DNA of 60,585 bases, taken from the IMG/VR virus record IMGVR_UViG_3300034069_001005, positions 1-60,585 of that record, one strand, 5' to 3'. This DNA is from a virus. Of this stretch, positions 8,046 through 16,339 are shown one piece after another. The translations under genes were made by a program, and so were the position numbers. How positions within the stretch are numbered: the stretch's first letter is position 1; each line of letters starts with the position of its first letter. A model generated the notes under the pieces. That model saw only the letters and a program-made list of their open reading frames with translations, did not search any database and was not told where the DNA came from.

Positions 8046-11000
8046 ATGGCTTCGATGGCCTCCGAACTGATCCTGCGGCTCCGCGACGGCGTCACGGGCC
8101 CGGCCAAGGTGGCCACCGCGGCGATCGAGCGGCTGAACAAGGCCGTGGCCTCCTCGATGAGCAATCGTTCGGGGCTCGGCATGGGCGCGGCATCGGCCGC
8201 CTTGAAGCGCGAGGCGGCCGAGATCGCGCGCTCCGTCAAGACGGTCGAGCACAGCACCCACGCCATGGGGACGGCCCTGGCTGGCCTGGGGATCGGCCAC
8301 GGCTTCGGCGAGTTCATCAAGGCCGGGGCGGACTATCGCAAGGAGCTCATCGCGCTCCAGAACAGCGGCAAGACGTCCGACGAGATCGCCAGGAGCATGA
8401 AGGCCGCGGCCAACATCGCCACGGCGCTCCCGACTCAGACCTTCGCCGACTCCATCAAGATCATCAATGAGACCACGGCCGCCTATGGCGACCTCGGCCA
8501 CGCGCTTGAGAACCTGCAATTCAACAGCAAGTTCGAGAGCAACATGAAGTCGGTCCTCGGCTCCCATGCCGATCCGCATATGCTCCAGAACCTCGTGCGG
8601 GCGCTGGAGATCCGCGGGACCGCCTTCGACCCCCACAAGTATCAGGAGGAGGCCGGGAGGCTCGGCAAGGCGTTTGCATTCTCACGGGGCTCGGTGAACC
8701 CCGAGAACTTCTACGACTTCGCCCGAAACTCGAACCCGGACATCAAGCAGTTCTCGACGCAATTCCTGACGGAGGTCGTGCCGACGCTCATTCAGACGAT
8801 GGGCGCGCCTGGCGCGGGCACGGGCATCAAGGCGTTCGAGAAGGTGTGGCGCGGCGGCCTGACCGACAAGAGCCAGGCGGCGGAGTGGGTCCGCATCGGC
8901 ATGGTGTCGGCCAAGGCCGTCCAGGATAACAAGGGCCAGAGCCCGGGCTGGAAGTCCGGCATGGCGGCCTTCTCGGACCTGGCGAAGGCCAACCCCTACG
9001 AGGCGATGGGCAAGCTCCTCGAGAAGCTGAAAGCCCAGGGGATCGACGTCAACGATCAGAACGTGCTCGGCCGCGAGCTCGACAAGCTGTTCAAGAACTC
9101 CCGGGCCCGGGCCATGGCCTACGAGCTCGGCCAGGCTGTCACCCGCGCGGCGCTCCACAAGGATGCCGGCCTGATCCGCGGCTCCGCCGACATGGATCAG
9201 CAGTACGAGAATAACAAGGACGACATCTACAAGGCGCGGGACGCGGTGAAAGCCGCGTTCGAGAACCTCATGGCCTCAATGTCGGGGCCGCTGGTCACCT
9301 CGGCGGCGCATGGCCTCTGGTCGCTCGCCAAGGGCGTCCAGGGCCTCGCTGGCGTGCTGGCGCGGCATCCCCTCCTGGGCAAGACGGCCGGCATTGCGGT
9401 GAGCCTTGGCGCGGCCGTGGCGGGCGTGGCCGTCCTGCGATCGGGCCTCGCCCTGCTCGGACTCACCGGCATCCGGCCGATTGCCGCGATCCGCGGCGCT
9501 CTGATCTCGGTTCGCCTCGCCGCCATGGCGTCGGCCGCCTGGATGGGTCGCAGCTTCCTCCTGCTCCTCAATCCGCTGGCGCTGGTGCGCGGCGCCGTGC
9601 TGGGCATCGGGCTCGTCATCCGCGGCGTCGCCATGGCGACGGGCATCGGCGCGCTCGTGGCGGCCGGTGCGCTGATCTACCAGAACTGGGACAACATCCG
9701 GGTCGCCGTCGAGGCGTTCCGCGGCGCCTTCATGCGCGCGATCGAGCCGGTGCGGCCGATCCTCCAGCCCATCCTCACCGACCTGTCGACGCTCTGGGAG
9801 ACCATCACGAGTCTCATCCAGCCCACAGGCGACATGGGGGACAACTGGGCCAAGATCGGCATTCACCTCGGCAAGGTGCTCGGCCAGGATCTCGTGCCGT
9901 GGGCCGGGTCGATCCGCAACGCTTACGAGGAGGTCAAGAGCCTCGGCAAGTATTGGGGCGAGGTGGTCACCATCATCACCTCCGACGACCCGATTGGGCG
10001 GGCGGTGACGGCCCTGGCGCCGAAGTTCAATGCCATGGTGGTCGATGCCGGCCGCGCCATCCGCGACTTCGATTGGGGCGGCGCATGGTCGGCGCTCCGC
10101 GAGAAAGCCGATCCGGTCCTAACGGCATTCTTCACCGGATGGGTGGACTACGCAAAGAAGGGCGCCGATGCCCTGATCTCCTACGATTGGGCCGGGCTCG
10201 GCAAGATGATCGTCGAGGCGATCATCAAGGGGATCTCCGACATGGGCTCGGCGCTCGGCGACAAGCTCAAGAGCATGATCCCCGATTGGGTCCCGGGCTT
10301 CGGTGGCGGAGATCATCTGCACGGCGGCGCGGGCGGCGACGACCTCATGGGCGGCGGCGGCGGAGGCGGGGGAATCGGCGGGGGCCGAGCCACGGGCGGC
10401 GGTAGGTCATTCTTCAGCCGCCCGCCGTCGCGCGCTAGCCGCGCGGCAAGCGTCTCTGTGCCGGCCGCCTATCTCAACGGTCCGTCCGATCTCACGAGCG
10501 TCGGCGCGGGTGCCACGGCCGGCATGCGGGCCCGCAATCTCGGCAACATCGGTTGGTTCGGTCAGAAGGGCCCGGGTATTCTGGGCCCGTCGAACTCCCG
10601 CGACGTCGACCATTCCATTGCGCTGTTTCGATCGCAGGAAGACGGCATCCGCGCCGCCGCGGCCCTGGCGCTTCGGAAATACAGCCAAGGGCGCCATTCC
10701 TCGTGGGACCTGATCGCCGCGAAGGGCGGATGGACGCCTGGCGCGCTCGGCCCTGGTGCGTCGGTCAATGTCGCGCGATCAATGGGGATGACGAACCGAG
10801 ATGACCTTCATCTCGACAACCCGACGTTCATGCGGAAATTCCTCCGCGGCTTGGCCGTCCAGGAGCACGGTAAGGCCGGAAATTACTATACGGACGACAT
10901 GATTGATAAGGCGCTGGGCGGGGGCAAAGGCGCCGGAGGGCAAGCTGATGCGCGTGGCGTGGCGCGCGGTCGCGGCGCGGGCCCGGTTCACATCGAGAAC

Positions 11001-11114
11001 CATTTCCACGATGTCGGCCACAAGGACGAGCGCCAGCTGGCCGGTTATGTTGCCGACACCTTCCATCGGTCCGCCCACGCGGGTGCGGCCGGCAACTTCT
11101 CGGACATGGGCTGA
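8046..11114 (+). CDS. Tail tape measure protein
   Basis: 1022 aa directly after the chaperone pair. It is helical and Ala-rich with central hydrophobic segments and a Gly-run (GGDHLHGGAGGDDLMGGGGGGGGIGGG). Confidence 0.85.
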   Translation: MASMASELILRLRDGVTGPAKVATAAIERLNKAVASSMSNRSGLGMGAASAALKREAAEIARSVKTVEHSTHAMGTALAGLGIGHGFGEFIKAGADYRKELIALQNSGKTSDEIARSMKAAANIATALPTQTFADSIKIINETTAAYGDLGHALENLQFNSKFESNMKSVLGSHADPHMLQNLVRALEIRGTAFDPHKYQEEAGRLGKAFAFSRGSVNPENFYDFARNSNPDIKQFSTQFLTEVVPTLIQTMGAPGAGTGIKAFEKVWRGGLTDKSQAAEWVRIGMVSAKAVQDNKGQSPGWKSGMAAFSDLAKANPYEAMGKLLEKLKAQGIDVNDQNVLGRELDKLFKNSRARAMAYELGQAVTRAALHKDAGLIRGSADMDQQYENNKDDIYKARDAVKAAFENLMASMSGPLVTSAAHGLWSLAKGVQGLAGVLARHPLLGKTAGIAVSLGAAVAGVAVLRSGLALLGLTGIRPIAAIRGALISVRLAAMASAAWMGRSFLLLLNPLALVRGAVLGIGLVIRGVAMATGIGALVAAGALIYQNWDNIRVAVEAFRGAFMRAIEPVRPILQPILTDLSTLWETITSLIQPTGDMGDNWAKIGIHLGKVLGQDLVPWAGSIRNAYEEVKSLGKYWGEVVTIITSDDPIGRAVTALAPKFNAMVVDAGRAIRDFDWGGAWSALREKADPVLTAFFTGWVDYAKKGADALISYDWAGLGKMIVEAIIKGISDMGSALGDKLKSMIPDWVPGFGGGDHLHGGAGGDDLMGGGGGGGGIGGGRATGGGRSFFSRPPSRASRAASVSVPAAYLNGPSDLTSVGAGATAGMRARNLGNIGWFGQKGPGILGPSNSRDVDHSIALFRSQEDGIRAAAALALRKYSQGRHSSWDLIAAKGGWTPGALGPGASVNVARSMGMTNRDDLHLDNPTFMRKFLRGLAVQEHGKAGNYYTDDMIDKALGGGKGAGGQADARGVARGRGAGPVHIENHFHDVGHKDERQLAGYVADTFHRSAHAGAAGNFSDMG

Positions 11115-11542
11115 TGGCGATCCTTTACCAAGTCGGCTCCCTCTCGTTCGAGCCCGCGCCCCTTTCCCCCCAGGAGTTCGAGCGCGAGACGGGCGCCGAC
11201 TTCGTGAAGAAGGACATCGTGGGCGCGCAACGCCCCAGCGAGGCCGTGGGGGAGGGCGACGAGACGCTTTCGATCACCGCCGTGCTGTTCCCCTTCGCAT
11301 TCGGCGGCCTGCCGGCCCTGGACGTTCTGGACGCCATGCGAAAGAGCCAGCAATGCCAGCCGGTGATGCGCGGCGACGGGCGATGGATGGGGCTCTATTA
11401 CATCGTCAAGGTCCGCGAGAAGCACACGGACATCGGCGCGTTCGGCGTCGGTCGACAGATTCAGGTGACCATCCAGCTGGACAAGGAGCCCAACCCGACC
11501 GACGACGACCTGGCGCAATTCCTGACGCTGTTCGGAGGCTGA
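11114..11542 (+). CDS. Tail protein gpU-like
   Basis: 142 aa, with ATGA overlap to the tape-measure stop. The pattern MAILYQVGSLSFE...GDETLSITAVLFP...MRGDGRWMGLYYI fits the P2 gpU family. Confidence 0.8.
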   Translation: MAILYQVGSLSFEPAPLSPQEFERETGADFVKKDIVGAQRPSEAVGEGDETLSITAVLFPFAFGGLPALDVLDAMRKSQQCQPVMRGDGRWMGLYYIVKVREKHTDIGAFGVGRQIQVTIQLDKEPNPTDDDLAQFLTLFGG

Positions 11543-11547
11543 CGCCC

Positions 11548-11778
11548 ATGACGATCGAGATCCTGACCGTCAAGCAGGAGGAGACGCCCCTGGACCTCCT
11601 CATCTGGCGCCGCCTGCAGAAGGAATATCCCGGTCTCGTGGACGCCACCTACGAGGCCAACCCCGGGCTGGCCGATCTCGGGACGTTCCTGCCCGTGGGC
11701 ACCAAGGTGAAGCTCACCCTCCCCGACACGACCACCCGCACCACCAAGCGCGTCGTTCGCCTCTGGGGAGGTGGCTGA
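11548..11778 (+). CDS. Tail protein X (P2 gpX-like, LysM-like)
   Basis: 76 aa from an in-frame ATG of track ORF 10903..11778. The sequence is TVKQEETPLDLLIWRRL...ANPGLADLGTFLPVGTKVKLP. Confidence 0.75.
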   Translation: MTIEILTVKQEETPLDLLIWRRLQKEYPGLVDATYEANPGLADLGTFLPVGTKVKLTLPDTTTRTTKRVVRLWGGG

Positions 11779-12911
11779 TGGCCAGGCGCAAGGCCTACTT
11801 CGTCCTCGAGATCGCGGACGAGATCGTCACCGACACGTTCAACCCGATCCTGGATCGGATCACGATCCACCTCTCGGCTGGCAAGTCGGCGGACACCGCC
11901 CAGATCGACCTCGACGACACCGGCGGGTTTCTGATCCTGCCCGGCATTGGCGATACGATCCGGATCTCCCTGGGGTGGGAAGGCGACGATGCCACAGTCG
12001 TGTTCGAGGGGACGATCGACGACGTCGACTCGCTCGACGACCGCGGCTCGGGCGAGACGCTGACGATCTCGGCCAAGTCCGCCGACATCACCAAGTCGAA
12101 GCTCAAGCATCGCCGCCACGTCCACCTCGACAAGTCGACGCTGGGCGATGCCTACCAGAAGTGGGGCAAGGACGCCGGGGTGAAGGTCACGGTCCATCAG
12201 GATCTCGCCTCGATCTCCCGAGACTATTTCGGCATGCACGGCGAGAGCTTCCTGTCCTGGGCGGCCCGCACCGCGGCCGAATATGGCGCGACCTTCAAGG
12301 TCAACGGCACCAACGCGGCGCTCGTGCCCCGCGGCGGCGGCACGGCAGCGGACGGCCAGGCGGTCCCCGCCATCACGGTCTCCAAGGGCGACAACCTCAT
12401 CTCGGCCCGGATCAAGCCGCTGCTCGGTCGGCCGCAGCACAAGACCTTCCACGCCAAATGGTTCGACAAGGACAAGGCGGAGTGGAACGCCGAGAGTGAG
12501 GATGCGGACTACGAGACCGACGCCGAGGCGGAGCACACGGCGCGCCACCCCGAGCCGGACAAGGCCAAGGCCGGCAAGCGGGCGCACAGCCACAAGACGG
12601 AGAGCGGCCGCGACCGTGGAAGCGGGACCATCGAGATGGACGGCAACGCCGCGGTTGAGCCGGACGGCCCGCTCTCGCTCGTCGGCGCCCGCGATGGCGT
12701 GGCTGGCTCCTACGTCATCGACTCCGCCGATCACAGCTACGCGCGGGGCGGCGGCTGGACGACGACGGCCAGCGTGAAGCAACCGTCCGGCTCGGCCGGC
12801 AAGGACAGCCGCAAGGCGTCCTCGCCCAGCACGTCGACACCCGCATCAGAGCCGGCCGCCGCGGCACCCGCTGCGAAACCGATCGGACAAGGCGGAATCG
12901 GGCACGCCTGA
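11778..12911 (+). CDS. Tail/late control protein D (P2 gpD-like)
   Basis: 377 aa with ATGA overlap. The N-terminus YFVLEIADEIVTD...ITIHLSAGKSADTAQIDLDD is typical of the gpD family. Confidence 0.85.
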   Translation: MARRKAYFVLEIADEIVTDTFNPILDRITIHLSAGKSADTAQIDLDDTGGFLILPGIGDTIRISLGWEGDDATVVFEGTIDDVDSLDDRGSGETLTISAKSADITKSKLKHRRHVHLDKSTLGDAYQKWGKDAGVKVTVHQDLASISRDYFGMHGESFLSWAARTAAEYGATFKVNGTNAALVPRGGGTAADGQAVPAITVSKGDNLISARIKPLLGRPQHKTFHAKWFDKDKAEWNAESEDADYETDAEAEHTARHPEPDKAKAGKRAHSHKTESGRDRGSGTIEMDGNAAVEPDGPLSLVGARDGVAGSYVIDSADHSYARGGGWTTTASVKQPSGSAGKDSRKASSPSTSTPASEPAAAAPAAKPIGQGGIGHA

Positions 12912-12973
12912 CGCGGCGACAATCCGCCGGCTCCGCGTTAAGGATCGGGATCTCGATCCGAACGGAGGCGCCG

Positions 12974-13432
12974 ATGGCCCCGGAAATGTCATGGGTTAAG
13001 GACGCGGCCGACATCATCGGCAACGTCGGGTTGCCGGGGTTCTGTGCCTTCCTCCTCTACTTGCTGCGCGAGCAGCGGACGGAGATGAAGTCGCGCGACA
13101 CCGCCTACACGGCCAAGGTCGACGCCTTGAACGCCGAGATGAAGGTGCTCCTCAAGGGCACCACAGAGGTGGCCGAGCGATCGACGGCCGGGCTTACAAA
13201 GGCCGCCGAGGCCAGCGACGAGGCCGCGCGCCGGACGAACGCGGGGATCGAGCTCCTGCGCGTGGTCGCAACGCAAAGCGAGACCAACGGCAGGACGGTC
13301 GAGAAAAACTACGAGCGCCTCGGCCAGATGTCGGACAGGCTCCAGGCTGTCAGCGAAGCGTCAGGGCGGCTTGCGGATCGCGCGGGTCAGATGTTGGATC
13401 GGGCTCTCAGCCTTGGAGGGCGGCCTGCATGA
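12974..13432 (+). CDS. Membrane-anchored coiled-coil protein (lysis-module candidate)
   Basis: 152 aa with a GGAGG RBS. It has one N-terminal hydrophobic helix (IIGNVGLPGFCAFLLYLL) followed by a long helical region. Confidence 0.55.
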   Translation: MAPEMSWVKDAADIIGNVGLPGFCAFLLYLLREQRTEMKSRDTAYTAKVDALNAEMKVLLKGTTEVAERSTAGLTKAAEASDEAARRTNAGIELLRVVATQSETNGRTVEKNYERLGQMSDRLQAVSEASGRLADRAGQMLDRALSLGGRPA

Positions 13433-13689
13433 CACTCCCGAAGTTCATCTCCGATCTGATCGGGCTTGGCTTGCCCCTCGCCCATGTCCACGACCAGGAT
13501 CTCCACGACCTGCGGAACCAGGCGGCGGTGGCGCTGGCCGCCAACCGCTTTGTCGGGCGATCGAAGCTCCAACAGCTTGATGATCTGACACAGCGCAGCA
13601 GAGACGATGAAACTCCGGATCATGCGACCCGAGATGCTACAAGGATGCGAGGCGCGCTGGACGAAGCCATGGAGCGAATGCGGCGATGA
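13429..13689 (+). CDS. Hypothetical protein, 86 aa
   Basis: ATGA overlap with both neighbours. No family recognised. Confidence 0.45.
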   Translation: MTLPKFISDLIGLGLPLAHVHDQDLHDLRNQAAVALAANRFVGRSKLQQLDDLTQRSRDDETPDHATRDATRMRGALDEAMERMRR

Positions 13690-14306
13690 CAATCCTTCAC
13701 AAGATCGCGTGGGACCGCGTGCAGACCATCGTCGTGCTGCCGGCGCTCGTCTGCGCGGTCATCATGGGAGTCACCGACGCCACGCGGTTGATCCCGGCGC
13801 TGATCCTGATGGTGATCTCGATGGCCACCGCGGTGTGCGTCGCCTTCACCCCCAACATGGTCCGGTGCTTCCTCAAGTCGGAGCCGCTGGATTCGTCCGC
13901 GGTCGTGTGCCTGGGCATCTGGCTGGCCTGGGCGGACTACATCTATCGTCCGGCCCTCCAGCTGGCCTACCGGATGTTTCCGAGCCTGAAATGGGTGATC
14001 GACTCGGACCTCAACAGCCTGGGGCTGATCCTCGCGCTGTTCGCCGCGTCGTGCCATCTCATCGCTCCCGCGGTCGTGGGCGGGCGCATTCCCAGCAAGA
14101 AGTGGGCAGGCTTCGGGGCGATTGCGGGGGCGGCAACCCTTGCCGGCCTGACGCTGGGCTACTGGCCCGAGGTCTATCGCATCATCCACAAGTCGGAGCC
14201 GATGGTGCCCACCATCCAGCGGAACGACCTCCCCGACGCTTTCCCCACCCCGCGGCATCTGCTGCTGCGCGGCCTTCCCCCCCAGCATAGGAGCACGAGG
14301 GTATGA
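13686..14306 (+). CDS. Multi-pass membrane protein (holin-like candidate)
   Basis: 206 aa with at least 4 hydrophobic helices, lying immediately upstream of the muramidase gene with a start/stop overlap. Confidence 0.6.
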   Translation: MTILHKIAWDRVQTIVVLPALVCAVIMGVTDATRLIPALILMVISMATAVCVAFTPNMVRCFLKSEPLDSSAVVCLGIWLAWADYIYRPALQLAYRMFPSLKWVIDSDLNSLGLILALFAASCHLIAPAVVGGRIPSKKWAGFGAIAGAATLAGLTLGYWPEVYRIIHKSEPMVPTIQRNDLPDAFPTPRHLLLRGLPPQHRSTRV

Positions 14307-15097
14307 CGATCGTTTTCAAGGGCGCGGCCAAGCCGCTGTCGGAGGGTGGGCTGCTGGCGGCCGCGGCGGGGATCGACGTCTCGGCGCGCGCGCTGCGCGC
14401 CGTGATCCAGGTCGAGACCAACGGCCACGGGTTCGACGACAAGGGCCGGCTCCGGATGCTCTACGAGCCCGCGCAGTTCTACAAGCGCGTCCGCAAGGAC
14501 GGCCAGGCCCGGGCGATCACGCTGGGCCTGGCCAAGGCGAGCATGAAGGGCGCCAGCTATCCGCGCGACAGCTACCCGAGCCTGGCGGGCGCCATGATCA
14601 TCGACGAGACCGCGGCCCTCGAGTCCGCGTCGTTCGGCCTGCCCCAGATCATGGGCTTCAACCACGAGCTCGCGGGCTTCGCCTCGGCCGCCGCGATGAT
14701 CGCGGCCATGGTCGACTCCGAGGACGCCCAGGTGATGGCCATGGCTCGGTTCCTCAAGGGGACCGGGCTGGACAAGGCCCTCCGGAACGGCCAGTGGGCG
14801 ACGTTCGCCAAGGGCTACAACGGTGTGAATTACCGCGACAACGCCTACGACACGAAGCTGGCCGCGGCCTATGCCGCCATCCGCCCGGACGCGGTGCCCC
14901 TGTCGAAGACACCGGCCACGCCCGTTCCCGTCGCCGCGGGCGTGCCGGCCAGCCTGACCGAGCGCCTTGCGGTGGCGGCGCCGTTGCCCGCCATCCCGCC
15001 GAAGGCCGCCCAGGGGCCCGCGCACGGCTTCTGGGCCACGCTCGCCGCGGCCATCACCTCCGCCCTTCACAAGCCCGCACCCGTCACCCCGACCTAA
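14303..15097 (+). CDS. Endolysin, N-acetylmuramidase family (DUF3380 type)
   Basis: The motifs ALRAVIQVETNGHGF...MLYEPAQF...FGLPQIMGFN...FAKGYNG.NY are characteristic of the DUF3380 muramidase family. It has a Pro/Ala-rich tail with a terminal hydrophobic segment. Confidence 0.8.
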   Translation: MTIVFKGAAKPLSEGGLLAAAAGIDVSARALRAVIQVETNGHGFDDKGRLRMLYEPAQFYKRVRKDGQARAITLGLAKASMKGASYPRDSYPSLAGAMIIDETAALESASFGLPQIMGFNHELAGFASAAAMIAAMVDSEDAQVMAMARFLKGTGLDKALRNGQWATFAKGYNGVNYRDNAYDTKLAAAYAAIRPDAVPLSKTPATPVPVAAGVPASLTERLAVAAPLPAIPPKAAQGPAHGFWATLAAAITSALHKPAPVTPT

Positions 15098-15109
15098 AGG
15101 ATCCGAATC

Positions 15110-15781
15110 GTGGCCTTCGACTTCTCCACCCTCGGGCCGCTGATCGCGGCCGCCGAGACCGCGGGGCTCCCGATCGCGGAGAACCTGCTCAAGATGGCGC
15201 TGACGCCCTACACCGGCCCGTTCGCGGGGATGATCGTCAGCGCGGTCGACGTGCTCATCCGCGGCATGAACGCGGCCCTGGGCCTGCCCCTCGATGCCCC
15301 TCCGGACCAGACCGCGGCCAAGATCATGGACGACCCGTCGGACGCCAGCGCGAAGCTCCAGGAGGTCGAGGCGAACAACGCCCACGTCCTCGACATGGCG
15401 AAGGCCGGGATGGATTTCGATCTCCAGGCCCAGGCCCAGCAGACGGCCCTCATCATCGAGGACGGCAAGACGGAGGGCTTCTGGGCTCACATCTACCAGG
15501 CGGGGTGGCGGCCGTTCACGGCCTGGGGCCTCGTGTTCCAGCTGGGCGTCATGATGGTGGCGCCCGACGTCGTATGGCTCGTCGAGGTGACGTCCGGGCG
15601 CGTGCTCACCCCGTTCCCCCAGACCAACTTCGAGCTCATCGTCTCGATGCTCCTGGCGCTGCTCGGCCTCGGCACGATGCGGACCGTGGAGAAGCGGGCC
15701 GGGGTGGCCCCGGGCCAGACGATCAAGGCGGTGCCCGTCAGCGCCGTGGCGGCCAAGCCGGCCGTCAAGGCGAGCCGGTAG
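15110..15781 (+). CDS. Holin of the 3TM gene-transfer-release family (putative)
   Basis: 223 aa with a GTG start. It has an N-terminal soluble part, then Trp-rich hydrophobic helices (WRPFTAWGLVFQLGVMMVAP, ELIVSMLLALLGLG), as in GTA-type 3TM holins of Alphaproteobacteria. Confidence 0.6.
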   Translation: MAFDFSTLGPLIAAAETAGLPIAENLLKMALTPYTGPFAGMIVSAVDVLIRGMNAALGLPLDAPPDQTAAKIMDDPSDASAKLQEVEANNAHVLDMAKAGMDFDLQAQAQQTALIIEDGKTEGFWAHIYQAGWRPFTAWGLVFQLGVMMVAPDVVWLVEVTSGRVLTPFPQTNFELIVSMLLALLGLGTMRTVEKRAGVAPGQTIKAVPVSAVAAKPAVKASR

Positions 15782-15839
15782 ACGCGGCCGCCGCTCTCGG
15801 CTCTACTGCCCTCGCGGGATCACCCCGCGAGGGCTCATC

Positions 15840-16181
15840 ATGACCATGTCCAGGCTACGTCTCGGCGCAATGATCGTCGGCGCCATGTGCGCGCTGGCGC
15901 TCGGATCTCCGTCCACCTCGCATGCCGCCACGGGCGCCCGCGATGCCCCGGTGATCGTCAGCGATGCCGGACCGCCCACCCATCTCCCCTCCGTCATCGC
16001 GCGCCGGGAGGATTCCATCGAGGTCAGGCGCGTCGCCGCCGACGTCGTGGTGTATCGGGAGCAGCGCCTGGATCTCGATCCGATCGTGCGCCGCGCGGGG
16101 CATCGGCGCGAGCCGCGCGGCATGATCGCCGATGCGCCCCCGCCCCTCACGCTCGCCGCCTTGACCGTCCCGGCGGATTGA
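15840..16181 (+). CDS. Secreted protein with Sec-type signal peptide (spanin substitute?)
   Basis: 113 aa starting MTMSRLRLGAMIVGAMCALALGSPSTSHA/AT. There is no clear lipobox. Confidence 0.55.
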   Translation: MTMSRLRLGAMIVGAMCALALGSPSTSHAATGARDAPVIVSDAGPPTHLPSVIARREDSIEVRRVAADVVVYREQRLDLDPIVRRAGHRREPRGMIADAPPPLTLAALTVPAD

Positions 16182-16248
16182 TCCAAGACGGTTATGGCGC
16201 TGCGAGGCGCCGGATCGGCCCCTCGGGGGCGTTTCCTCCCTAGACTTG

Positions 16249-16275
16249 GGCCGCTCCGCAGGGGGCGGCCTTTTT
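16249..16275 (+). terminator. Rho-independent terminator closing the late/lysis operon
   Basis: Stem GGCCGCTCC/GGGGCGGCC followed by TTTTT. It is preceded by a second small hairpin, GCCCC-TCG-GGGGC, at 16218-16230. Confidence 0.75.
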
Positions 16276-16339
16276 CGTTCCGATTGTTCCGCGCCCGCGA
16301 GATGTGCGACTTTGCCGGCCATCTGATCCGGAGGCCAGT

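Noticed and set aside
10300-10400. GGxGxD-like strings in the tape measure (HGGAGGDDLMGG) as an RTX calcium-binding repeat toxin domain
   Set aside because: There are only one or two degenerate nonamers embedded in a poly-Gly run. This is low-complexity linker rather than an RTX array.
12911-12974. The GGATCG...CGATCC inverted repeat between the gpD-like gene and the lysis module as a regulatory site
   Set aside because: It is only 6 bp, has no recurrence elsewhere and no associated promoter or terminator features.
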